From: a virus
IMG/VR virus record: IMGVR_UViG_3300025128_006599
Location: 1-64,000 of that record
DNA length: 64,000 nucleotides
Direction: 5' to 3' (one strand)
In this document: positions 29,795 to 39,253 of the stretch, piece by piece
Numbering within the stretch: the stretch's first letter is position 1
Layout of the letters: each line of letters starts with the position of its first letter
The notes under the pieces: generated by a model
Seen by the model: only the letters and a program-made list of their open reading frames with translations
Databases searched by the model: none
Told to the model about the DNA's origin: nothing
Translations under genes and position numbers: made by a program

Positions 29795-30384
29795 GATTAG
29801 ACAAAAATAATATTTATTTCTTACCACCAGATAACAAGAACGGATTAAGTACCTTACCACCAAATAATTTGTATTTATCTGATACGTTTGAATTTAGAGT
29901 TAGATTCACTATAGATATAAAAGAATGTAAAGACAAGGATTGTGGAGTAATTATGATGAACGGAAAACATTTGGGTATTCGTGTTTATAATGATTATTTA
30001 TCTGCGTCGGTTTGGACACAAAATGGAATATATGAAAAACAATTTCCTTTAGATATTGAAAATATTTGGTGTCGTTTTATATGTGATAATAAAAACAAAC
30101 AAATTAGTTTAATTACAGATACTCAATCATCAACAATTGATTTTGATGGAGATTTAGTAGATGATTATAAATACTCTTATTTGTGGGTTGGGTGTGGTAA
30201 TGGTTTTAATGAACCAGACGATGAGTTTAGAAATAATTTTTTTGGTGATATTTCTTATTTAGAAATAAAAAAAGATGATAAAACACTATTTAAATCTAAT
30301 TTTGAAAAGAAAACAAATTTTAAAGTATTTGATGAAAGTGGTAATGGTAATCATTTGTTAAAATATAAAAAAGAGTGGTATTAG
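29791..30384 (+). CDS. stand-alone LamG/ConA-like domain protein
   Basis: LWVGCGN...FFGDISYL...DESGNGNH, resembling the inserts in the GT7 genes. Confidence 0.55.
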   Translation: MRLDKNNIYFLPPDNKNGLSTLPPNNLYLSDTFEFRVRFTIDIKECKDKDCGVIMMNGKHLGIRVYNDYLSASVWTQNGIYEKQFPLDIENIWCRFICDNKNKQISLITDTQSSTIDFDGDLVDDYKYSYLWVGCGNGFNEPDDEFRNNFFGDISYLEIKKDDKTLFKSNFEKKTNFKVFDESGNGNHLLKYKKEWY

Positions 30385-31424
30385 TGAAATACGTTATAGA
30401 TATAGATGGTACTATCTGTAAAGAAATTGGTGATGTAATTGATAGGAAACCATACACAAATAGAATAGATAAGATAAACTCATTATATGATAAAGGACAT
30501 ACGATTGTTTATATGACAGCTCGTGGATTAAAGAGTGGTAGAGGAGAAGAGTATTATCGTCCAATTACAGAACAACAATTAAAAAAATGGGGTTGTAAAT
30601 ATCATGAGTTACAATTTAAACTACATGATGCAGATTTATTTATAGATGACAAGTCAGTAAATTCAAATGATTTTTTTGAATCTAATATTGAGGATAAAAC
30701 CGTATCGGTTGTGATTCCAGCAAGATATAAATCAACACGATTTCCAGGTAAACCAATAGTTGAAATTGATGGGATACCAATGGTAATTAGAGTTGCACAA
30801 CAAGCAACAAAGGCTGTTGGGAAAGAAAATGTTTATATAGCAACAGAAAGTGGAATAGTCTCTGACTTGATTTATAATTATGATTATAACGTTATATTAA
30901 CTTCAAGTAGTTGTCTTACTGGAACAGATAGAGTGGCGGAAGCATCTTTACAATTGGATAGTGATATAATTGTAAACGTTCAAGGTGATGAACCTATGGT
31001 AAATCCTGATACTATTTTAAAAGTTATAGAGGAGAAGAAAAAGTTTCCAAATTCTATGATTACCGCTGTTAGTAGAGTTGATTCAAGAGAAGTGTTTGAT
31101 GATAAAAATATTGTTAAATTTGTTTTTGATGAAAAAAACAATTTATTATACACTTCACGGAGTGGAATTCCTGGTAACAAAAATGATGAATTTATGTATG
31201 GGTATAGTCATGTAGCAGTTTATGCATTCAACAAAGAAGATTTGACCAAATTTTATCACTATGGGATAAAAAATGGAAAGAGTAAATTAGAGTGGATAGA
31301 GGATGTTGAGATTTTAAGATTTTTAGAAATTGGTCATAATGTTAAAATAGTAGAAGTATCCGATGTTGGGTGGTCTGTAGATATACCAAGTGATGTTAAA
31401 AAAGTAGAAAGATTATTGAAATGA
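30384..31424 (+). CDS. kdsB: HAD phosphatase fused to CMP-Kdo synthetase (KdsB-like cytidylyltransferase)
   Basis: DIDGT...MTARG...FIDDK (HAD); IPARYKSTRFPGKP, TGTDRV, VNVQGDEP, SVDIPSD (KdsB). Start probably GTG 30384. Confidence 0.85.
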   Translation: MKYVIDIDGTICKEIGDVIDRKPYTNRIDKINSLYDKGHTIVYMTARGLKSGRGEEYYRPITEQQLKKWGCKYHELQFKLHDADLFIDDKSVNSNDFFESNIEDKTVSVVIPARYKSTRFPGKPIVEIDGIPMVIRVAQQATKAVGKENVYIATESGIVSDLIYNYDYNVILTSSSCLTGTDRVAEASLQLDSDIIVNVQGDEPMVNPDTILKVIEEKKKFPNSMITAVSRVDSREVFDDKNIVKFVFDEKNNLLYTSRSGIPGNKNDEFMYGYSHVAVYAFNKEDLTKFYHYGIKNGKSKLEWIEDVEILRFLEIGHNVKIVEVSDVGWSVDIPSDVKKVERLLK

Positions 31425-31816
31425 GTACGGTTGAAGAATGGTCAAAACAGGCAAAAAAAGATGAAGTTGGAGTAATAGCAATGGATTTTGACAATGTAAT
31501 CCATAATAATTCTTTGGGTTTTCACGATGGAACTTGTTATGGAGAACCTATTGAGGGTGTTATTGAATCTATAAAAAAAATATCGAAGAGATTTAGAGTT
31601 GTTATTTATAGTTATAAAGGACACCCTAATAGACCACTAATTAATGGTAAGAGTGGTATTGAATTGGTTTGGGATTGGTTAAAGAAATACGAAATTGATT
31701 CTTATATAGAAGATATAGTGTGGGGAAAACCCAATGCATTACTTTATATTGATGATAAGGGATATAGATTTGAAAATTGGAAAGATACTATGAAATTTTT
31801 AGAGAACTTGGAGTAA
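31421..31816 (+). CDS. HAD-superfamily phosphatase-like protein
   Basis: MDFDNVIH, GKPNALLYIDDK. Confidence 0.75.
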   Translation: MSTVEEWSKQAKKDEVGVIAMDFDNVIHNNSLGFHDGTCYGEPIEGVIESIKKISKRFRVVIYSYKGHPNRPLINGKSGIELVWDWLKKYEIDSYIEDIVWGKPNALLYIDDKGYRFENWKDTMKFLENLE

Positions 31817-31818
31817 AA

Positions 31819-33213
31819 ATGAGAATATTATTAGTAACAATAGACCATTTGGCACATTTGAACATTTTTCCTATGGGAGTTGCATATATAGCTGCCGTTG
31901 CAAGACAAGATGGACATGAAGTTGAAATTTGGAATCAAGAATTATATCATTTTGAAGATTCTGAAATTGAAACATTTTTAAATGAAAATGAACCATATGA
32001 TGTAATAGGTGTGGGTATTTATGGATATCAAATGTTTAAAAAATCAATCGAAGTTTGTAAATATATACAGAAATCTAAAAATAAACCAACTGTAGTTTTA
32101 GGTTCAAATGGCCCAAGTGCATGTCCTGAATATTTTTTAGAACAAACTAATGCGGATTATATTGTTCATGGTGAAGGAGAATCCTCTTGGAGAGAGTTAT
32201 TAAGAAGATTAGAAAACAATTTAGATACTACAGATTCGCCCGGAATATCATTTATGAAACACGATGGGACACTATATAAAAATCCTGATTCACCATTGAT
32301 TCGACCTGTAGATGATTTACCATTTCCTGCTTGGGATTTATTTCCAATGGATGCATATATTCTTTATAAACACGAATCGGCAAAACACACAGCAAGATGT
32401 TTTCCAGTTTTATATTCAAGAGGTTGTCCACAAAATTGTAATTTTTGTTTTAGACTTTATGACAGTTACAGATTACGGAGTTTTGAAAATGTTTTTGAAG
32501 AAATTACGATATTGAGAGATAAGTATAAAGTAGACCATATTGATTTTGTTGATGAAAATATTGGAATCAATGAAAAGGCATTAATTAGATTTTCAAAGGC
32601 AATGAAAAAGGCAGATTTAGGAGTAACTTGGAATTGTCATGGTACTACACCAGCCTGTACCGTAGAGGCATTAACTACAGCAATAGATGCTGGAATGACT
32701 GCCATAAATCTTGGAATAGAAGCTTTAGACCAAACTGTTATTGATAATATTACAAAAAAACAAACGGTGCAAGATGCATATGATGCAGTTGATGCGTGTA
32801 AAGAAGTTGGTATATTTCCTGGTTTAAATATTATTTGGGGTAATATAGGTGATACATTAGAATCACTTGAAAAGGGTGTAGAGTTTCTTATGAAGTATAA
32901 TAGTACTCATCATTTACGGTCAATTAAACCAGTAACACCTTATCCAGGTACACCACTATACCATCACGCGGTTGAAAAGGGATTATTAAAAGGCCCAGCA
33001 GACTTTTATGAAAAATATCAAAATTCCGATAGAATGACTTGTAATTTTACAGAGTTATCGGATGAAGAATTTTATAAAGCACTTTATGATGCCAACAAAA
33101 GAATAGTAGAGGATTGGCACAAAAGAGTTGCAAAGGCAACAACTGATGGGTATAAAGAGGCATATTTTAATTATGATCCTGAAGTTGGTTTTAGAGGCCC
33201 ACGACACGTGTAG
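31819..33213 (+). CDS. B12-binding radical SAM enzyme (class B methyltransferase-like)
   Basis: PMGVAYIAA and HGEGE cobalamin-binding region; SRGCPQNCNFC; TPYPGTPLY. Start ATG 31819. Confidence 0.9.
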   Translation: MRILLVTIDHLAHLNIFPMGVAYIAAVARQDGHEVEIWNQELYHFEDSEIETFLNENEPYDVIGVGIYGYQMFKKSIEVCKYIQKSKNKPTVVLGSNGPSACPEYFLEQTNADYIVHGEGESSWRELLRRLENNLDTTDSPGISFMKHDGTLYKNPDSPLIRPVDDLPFPAWDLFPMDAYILYKHESAKHTARCFPVLYSRGCPQNCNFCFRLYDSYRLRSFENVFEEITILRDKYKVDHIDFVDENIGINEKALIRFSKAMKKADLGVTWNCHGTTPACTVEALTTAIDAGMTAINLGIEALDQTVIDNITKKQTVQDAYDAVDACKEVGIFPGLNIIWGNIGDTLESLEKGVEFLMKYNSTHHLRSIKPVTPYPGTPLYHHAVEKGLLKGPADFYEKYQNSDRMTCNFTELSDEEFYKALYDANKRIVEDWHKRVAKATTDGYKEAYFNYDPEVGFRGPRHV

Positions 33214-33218
33214 GAGTT

Positions 33219-33653
33219 ATGATATTAATATCACATAGAGGAAATTTAAATGGCACATCTCCTTTTGAAAATCATCCCGAATACATTCAAAAGGCATTAC
33301 TAAAGGGATTTGATGTAGAGATTGATGTTTGGTGTTTTGGAGATGGTGGTTATTGGTTAGGACATGATAAACCACAATATCATGTTGAGGAAGATTACTT
33401 AGAAAATCCAAAGCTTTGGTGTCATGCAAAAAATATACATGCACTCGATAATATGATTCACAATAAAAACATACATTGTTTTTGGCACCAAGAGGATGAC
33501 GTTACACTAACATCTAAGGGTTATTTATGGACATATCCAGGTAAAGAATTAACTAAGAACTCTATATCTGTTTTACCAGATAAAAAACCTGATGTGGAAG
33601 TTGCGGGGATTTGTACTGATGAGGTTATAAAATATAAAAATATTTATGATTGA
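33219..33653 (+). CDS. short GDPD/PLC-like phosphodiesterase
   Basis: ISHRGN, EN, DVEIDV, LGHD, WCHAKN, GICTD. Confidence 0.7.
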   Translation: MILISHRGNLNGTSPFENHPEYIQKALLKGFDVEIDVWCFGDGGYWLGHDKPQYHVEEDYLENPKLWCHAKNIHALDNMIHNKNIHCFWHQEDDVTLTSKGYLWTYPGKELTKNSISVLPDKKPDVEVAGICTDEVIKYKNIYD

Positions 33654-34356
33654 TACAGAATTATTTAAAAAAAGTTTACTACAAGGCCCAATACCAAGTC
33701 TTGTAGAAGAAGACAATTATGTTACAAGACGATTTGATAAGTTTTATATTCACGACTATGAAAATATAATACAAAATCCAACTGAAGATTTGGAAAATCT
33801 GTTACATGCATATCCTATTGATTGGAAAGTGTTTGAGTCTGAACAACCAAAAAATATATCTGGTAGGTGTAATTTTATGTGGTTGACAGATGATGGAAGA
33901 GCGGTTGCAACTAATTCTGATAATGTTTCTCACTTTACAATTTTAAATTGGTCTATTTATAATATGATTAATACTTATAATCAGAGGGTAGACTCCATGT
34001 ATTGGAATCCACTTGAACTAAAAAAAAGTAATATACATTTACCAGTTATATTAAATAAATCTACTCAAACTCAAAAAAAGACTTTAGATGGTTATATGAA
34101 AAAACTAATGATTAATACCTCAACAGTTAGATTATCAGGCCCGTATCGTGGAAAGGCATTTGGTGGTTCACAATATGGACATGCAAATAAATTATTAGAG
34201 ACACCTGATTTTACCATAGAATCATTTACTAATTTAACAAAACAACAAATTGAATTTATAAAAATTGTTATCAAGAAATATAATTTAACTCGTAGTGAAA
34301 TTTTTATTAATGATTTTTCAAAAGGTCAAAACATAAAAGAGGATATATTTAAATGA
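33646..34356 (+). CDS. hypothetical protein
   Basis: 236-aa coupled ORF; no motif recognised. Confidence 0.55.
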   Translation: MIDTELFKKSLLQGPIPSLVEEDNYVTRRFDKFYIHDYENIIQNPTEDLENLLHAYPIDWKVFESEQPKNISGRCNFMWLTDDGRAVATNSDNVSHFTILNWSIYNMINTYNQRVDSMYWNPLELKKSNIHLPVILNKSTQTQKKTLDGYMKKLMINTSTVRLSGPYRGKAFGGSQYGHANKLLETPDFTIESFTNLTKQQIEFIKIVIKKYNLTRSEIFINDFSKGQNIKEDIFK

Positions 34357-35294
34357 CAAAATTAATTTTATGTGATGGGGATAGTTGGACTGCTGGTGAT
34401 TTGATGGATCCTAAACTTGAAAGGCTTGGTATTACTAATATTCAAGAAAAAGATAATGATTCATATAGGTTACCAAAAGTTTGGCCATATAAACTTGGTA
34501 AAGAGTTAGGTGTAGACGTAATTAATTCAGCACACGCTGGTAGTTCTAATGATTCAATTGTGAAACGTGTTTGTGAAAATGTCTTAAAATTACTAAAAAC
34601 CCACAAACCAAGTGAAGTTTTTGTAATTGTAGGATGGTCTTCACCAGAGAGAAAAGACTTTTATGTAGGAGATGGTGATCCTGAAAAACTACGTGGGGGT
34701 TTTGGTACATGGGAAACATTCGCTCCAGCTCAAGGAGAACAGTATTTTGATGACATTGCTCCAAAACACGCTGCAAAATTACTTGAACAGTTTTATAAAA
34801 CTTATGTATTATATTTTTGGAATGATATTGAATATATTACGAGATATATACACCATAATTTATACTTACATAGCTTTCTAAAGAATTTAAAAGTCAATCA
34901 TTTATTTTTTGATGCATTTTATCATCAAACACCAAAAGAACATCAACTAAAACAAAACACCTTTGGAGATTATTTTAGTAAGGACTTATACAAAAAATTA
35001 GAAAAACAAAATAAATATTTACATTACGATTTAGATACAAATATGAAAGAAACAACTAAAAAATATTTTGAGATAAGAGATACAAATTTTTACAATATTT
35101 CTTTTAAAAACTTTTTATTTGGTAGAATCTCTCCTGTTGAAAATATTGGAACAAATATATCTTCTGATTACGATGAACTATCAGGAACTAAAAAAAATTT
35201 ATTTCAAGATAGAGGTGGACATCCAAGTGAATTAGGACACGAACTTTGGGCCAAAGAAATGAGTAAGGTGTTGGAGAATAGATTAAATGGCTAG
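34353..35294 (+). CDS. SGNH/GDSL-like hydrolase-fold protein
   Basis: DGDSWT, AGSSN, VGWSSPERKD, GHPSELGH. Confidence 0.65.
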   Translation: MTKLILCDGDSWTAGDLMDPKLERLGITNIQEKDNDSYRLPKVWPYKLGKELGVDVINSAHAGSSNDSIVKRVCENVLKLLKTHKPSEVFVIVGWSSPERKDFYVGDGDPEKLRGGFGTWETFAPAQGEQYFDDIAPKHAAKLLEQFYKTYVLYFWNDIEYITRYIHHNLYLHSFLKNLKVNHLFFDAFYHQTPKEHQLKQNTFGDYFSKDLYKKLEKQNKYLHYDLDTNMKETTKKYFEIRDTNFYNISFKNFLFGRISPVENIGTNISSDYDELSGTKKNLFQDRGGHPSELGHELWAKEMSKVLENRLNG

Positions 35295-36717
35295 AATTTT
35301 TTACGATAGGATGATAGACAATAACTTTGTTTGTAATGGAATATCTGAAGATTGGATAGAATATTTTTATCCAGAATTTAATCCAACTGGATTTAGAAGT
35401 CGGTTTGGGTTTGAACCTCCAGTTTATCCAAGTGATATTAATACACCTGTTGATAATGTTGAACGATATAGTATTGATGAAATACCAATCAAGTTTAAAG
35501 ATACTAAAGGTTGTTTGGGAATATTTCCAATAGAAGGATTTGGTAATCCAGATAGGTCACTCGGTACAGATGTAGTGTGGAATAAATCTTATGGTAGTTC
35601 AATGTCTTATTTTAGTGATACTGCAGTCAAGTACATACGTGAGGGAAGATTAAAACTTTTTTATGGTTTAATACAAGAGGCATTTTTAACTGATGACGAA
35701 ATGATTGGACTACATAAAGAGATGGTTCGTTTTGATTTTTATAACGGACTTGTTGCTGTTAATGATTTTTTACTGAAACAACGATATGAACAATGGTGTA
35801 TAGATAATGACGAAGTTTCTCGTTATGATGTCATAGTGTATAATCATTCTTTATTTGAAAAGGCACATGAAGTTTTTTGTATATTAAATGGAATGGATAG
35901 TGGTGTGTTTGGTATTGGTGCACAATATAGTGAACATAAAAATTCTGCTATGACACTATCAGATTTTAAAGATTCAAAACGTAAAGAAAGAAAAAGTAAT
36001 TTTTTGAGTTTGAATAGAAGAATGAGGTCTTATCGACAGGCTGTATTATGTGTATTACAATATAATAATTTAATAGAAAATAATTTAGTCAGTTTCACTT
36101 TTAAGTTAGATCCATCATTTTATGAGTTAAATAAATTGGTTTCTAAAGAAAAATACAAAATGTATAGGCCTTCATTTCAAGAATTAAAAGATATGAAAAC
36201 TAAAATTGTAGATTATCCACTTGCAATGGATAGTAGAGACGGGTTAAATCATGGATATGGTTTTGAAAATTGTAAACCTTATATGGATAGTTATTGTAGT
36301 ATTGTTACGGAAACAAGGTTTGAGGCACCTACTGGTTATGTTTCAGAAAAATCTTGGAAACCAATTGCATATTTTCAACCATTTATTTTAGTTGGGAGTG
36401 CAAATTCTTTACAATATATGAGAGAATTTGGATTTAAAACATTTCATCCCTTTATAGATGAAAGTTATGATAATCACAAAAATCCAAAAAAACGATTTAG
36501 TTTAATTGAAAATGAAATTATTAGAATTGGTAAAATGACGAAGAAAGAAATACATGAGTGGTATTGGTCTATGGAGGACATATTAGTTCACAATCATAAA
36601 TTATTTTTAGAATATGCAAAGGAACATAATAATAGAAGTTTTATTACTGAATTATTTGATTCAGTTGATTCAAATGAATTAGGAACATTAATTCCAAATT
36701 TTAGGAAAGAAAAATGA
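35287..36717 (+). CDS. glycosyltransferase-like protein (GT-B-like C-terminus)
   Basis: FLSLNRR, IVTET, VSEKSWKPIAYFQPFI, GFKTF...DESYD. Confidence 0.5.
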   Translation: MARIFYDRMIDNNFVCNGISEDWIEYFYPEFNPTGFRSRFGFEPPVYPSDINTPVDNVERYSIDEIPIKFKDTKGCLGIFPIEGFGNPDRSLGTDVVWNKSYGSSMSYFSDTAVKYIREGRLKLFYGLIQEAFLTDDEMIGLHKEMVRFDFYNGLVAVNDFLLKQRYEQWCIDNDEVSRYDVIVYNHSLFEKAHEVFCILNGMDSGVFGIGAQYSEHKNSAMTLSDFKDSKRKERKSNFLSLNRRMRSYRQAVLCVLQYNNLIENNLVSFTFKLDPSFYELNKLVSKEKYKMYRPSFQELKDMKTKIVDYPLAMDSRDGLNHGYGFENCKPYMDSYCSIVTETRFEAPTGYVSEKSWKPIAYFQPFILVGSANSLQYMREFGFKTFHPFIDESYDNHKNPKKRFSLIENEIIRIGKMTKKEIHEWYWSMEDILVHNHKLFLEYAKEHNNRSFITELFDSVDSNELGTLIPNFRKEK

Positions 36718-37676
36718 ATATTTTAATTACAGGTGGTGCAGGATATTTGGGTTCTGTCATTGTCAGAAGATTATTAAAAAATCACAATGTAACGGTTGTG
36801 GATAATTTAATGTATAATCAAACCTCGTTACTTGACGTGTGTGGAGATAAAAGATTTAATTTTATATATGGAGATGTACGAGATTACAAACTATTAGTTC
36901 AACAAGTTAGTAGACACGATGTGATTATACCATTGGCCGCATTAGTTGGGTTCCCTAGCTGTGAAAATGATAAAAAGTTGGCAACAGATGTAAATTATCA
37001 TCAAATTAAGGATGTGGTGGATAATATTTCTAATAACCAAATGATACTATTTCCAAATACGAATAGTGGTTATGGAAGTAGAGTAGATGGTATGGTAGAT
37101 GAAACAAATTCATTAACACCAATTACACATTATGGAGTAACTAAATGTGATGCAGAGGATTATATTAAACGTCATACGAATGGAATTATATTTAGACTGG
37201 CTACGGTGTTTGGAGTATCAAGTCGTATGAGATTAGACTTATTGGTAAATGAATTTGTATATAAATTATTAACCGATAGATACATTACATTATTTGAACA
37301 TGAATTTGTTAGAAATTTTATTCACATTCAAGATGTTAGTTCTGTATTTGAATTTATGATTGAAAATTATGATAAACATCAAGGTGAGATATTTAATGTT
37401 GGTTTATCAGATACGAATATAAATAAACAAGAATTAGTTGAAAGAATACAAAAACATATACCAAATATATCTATAACTCATTCAGATTATTTTGTTGATC
37501 CAGATAAAAGAAATTATGTTGTAAGTAATAAAAAAGTAGAGTCAACTGGTTGGAAACCAAATTATAGTTTGGATTATGGTGTAAGAGAATTAATACAGGC
37601 ATATAAAATGATTGTACCACAAGAAAGTTCAAGGTATAGAAATGCATTTCCATTAAGTTACGGAATAGATACATAA
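36714..37676 (+). CDS. NAD-dependent NDP-sugar epimerase/dehydratase (SDR)
   Basis: ITGGAGYLG, YGVTK (YxxxK), RLATVFG. Confidence 0.9.
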   Translation: MNILITGGAGYLGSVIVRRLLKNHNVTVVDNLMYNQTSLLDVCGDKRFNFIYGDVRDYKLLVQQVSRHDVIIPLAALVGFPSCENDKKLATDVNYHQIKDVVDNISNNQMILFPNTNSGYGSRVDGMVDETNSLTPITHYGVTKCDAEDYIKRHTNGIIFRLATVFGVSSRMRLDLLVNEFVYKLLTDRYITLFEHEFVRNFIHIQDVSSVFEFMIENYDKHQGEIFNVGLSDTNINKQELVERIQKHIPNISITHSDYFVDPDKRNYVVSNKKVESTGWKPNYSLDYGVRELIQAYKMIVPQESSRYRNAFPLSYGIDT

Positions 37677-38206
37677 TGAAGTTTGATTTAGATAAAATAC
37701 AATCTGAAAAGTTTAATGAAATAAAAATATTTCAATCAAAACCATTTACTGATTATCGTGGTGATATTTGGACTATTTGGGAAAAGGAAAATGTTTTACC
37801 AAAAGATATGGAGTTTAGATTATCTAAGTTTGCCAAATCAACAAAGAATGTTTTAAGGGGATTACATGGTGATACAAAAACTTGGAAGTATCTTAGTTGT
37901 CCTTATGGTGAAGTTTATTTTGTTATTGCAGATGTAAGAGAAGATTCTAAAACATATTTACAGACTGAAACTTATTTATTAAATGATAAAAATCATTTCG
38001 GTGTTTTAGTACCACCTGGTTTTGTCAATGGTCATTTGTGTTTAACTGATGAATGTTTATTTCATTACATGATGGCCTATGATGGTAAGTATGTAGAACC
38101 ACATGAACAAATTGTTTTACATTGGGATGATGATAGATTAAATATTGATTGGCCAGTAAAAAATCCAATCTTAGCAAAAAGGGATACAAATGAAACACGC
38201 AGTTGA
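37676..38206 (+). CDS. rmlC: dTDP-4-dehydrorhamnose 3,5-epimerase family
   Basis: DYRG, VLRGLH, VPPGFVNGH, WDDDRLNIDWP. Confidence 0.85.
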   Translation: MKFDLDKIQSEKFNEIKIFQSKPFTDYRGDIWTIWEKENVLPKDMEFRLSKFAKSTKNVLRGLHGDTKTWKYLSCPYGEVYFVIADVREDSKTYLQTETYLLNDKNHFGVLVPPGFVNGHLCLTDECLFHYMMAYDGKYVEPHEQIVLHWDDDRLNIDWPVKNPILAKRDTNETRS

Positions 38207-38570
38207 ATTAGAACCAAGAATTTATGAAGATACTTTAAAAGATGGGCGTGGTGGTATTTTTAATTGGGTGCCTGAACATACATTAAAGGAATTTAATTTT
38301 ATGTTTTATAATAAAGGTATTAAAAGAGGAAATCACTATCATCCTCATTTTCATGAGTATATGTTATTGACATCTGGAGAGGGAGTATCAGTATCAGGTA
38401 CTCAAGATGATAAAAAGAGTATTTATATGGCCAAAGGAACGTGTATTTATGTACCACAAGGAGTTTCGCATGTATTTCATGCAATAACAGATTGTACAGG
38501 AGTAAGTTTTTTAAGTGAATTGTGGGATGAAAGTGTTCCACCAATTATACATGAGGAATTATTAAAGTGA
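38190..38570 (+). CDS. cupin (FdtA/WxcM-like sugar isomerase)
   Basis: DGRG, RGNHYH..FHE, SHVF. Confidence 0.65.
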   Translation: MKHAVELEPRIYEDTLKDGRGGIFNWVPEHTLKEFNFMFYNKGIKRGNHYHPHFHEYMLLTSGEGVSVSGTQDDKKSIYMAKGTCIYVPQGVSHVFHAITDCTGVSFLSELWDESVPPIIHEELLK

Positions 38571-39253
38571 AAATTGCTATAATTGGTTCAAACGGTTTTG
38601 TTGGAAAGGCACTTTGTAGAAATTTTAAAAATTATGACTATGAAGTGTTTGAGGTTACAAGAGAAAATTATGATAAATACAAATCATTAGAATATGATGT
38701 TTTGATAAATACTGCAATGCCATCTAAAAGGTTTTGGGCTTTTAATAATCCTGTCGATGATGTAAAAGAAACAATTACCAAAACTGCGAAATTATTATAT
38801 GAATGGAATTATAAAAAATTTATTCATATTAGTTCTTTGTCTGCAAAAATTCAATTGGATATTCCATATGGTGTACATAAAAGAGCTTCTGAAGTTTTAG
38901 TTGAAAATAAAGATAATACTTTGATAGTGAGGTTGGGTGCTTTATATGGTGATGGATTAGATAAAAGTGCTTTATTTGATTTAATTAATCATAATAAAAT
39001 ATATGTAGATATTAATAGTGAATATAATTATATAGATATTGATGTGGCTACAGAATGGATTGTAAATAATATGAATGAAGTAGGTACAAAAGAAATAGGG
39101 GCATGTGATACTATTTCACTTTTAGATATTTCAAAAAATACTTGGGATAACCCTATTTATACGGGAAAAAAAGAAATTGTATATTCTGAAGATATTGAAA
39201 AGGGAATGCCGAGTTCACGTGAAGTTTTAAAATACGTAAGGAGATTTTTATGA
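38567..39253 (+). CDS. NAD-dependent sugar epimerase/reductase (SDR)
   Basis: IGSNGFVG, YGVHK, RLGALYG. Confidence 0.8.
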   Translation: MKIAIIGSNGFVGKALCRNFKNYDYEVFEVTRENYDKYKSLEYDVLINTAMPSKRFWAFNNPVDDVKETITKTAKLLYEWNYKKFIHISSLSAKIQLDIPYGVHKRASEVLVENKDNTLIVRLGALYGDGLDKSALFDLINHNKIYVDINSEYNYIDIDVATEWIVNNMNEVGTKEIGACDTISLLDISKNTWDNPIYTGKKEIVYSEDIEKGMPSSREVLKYVRRFL

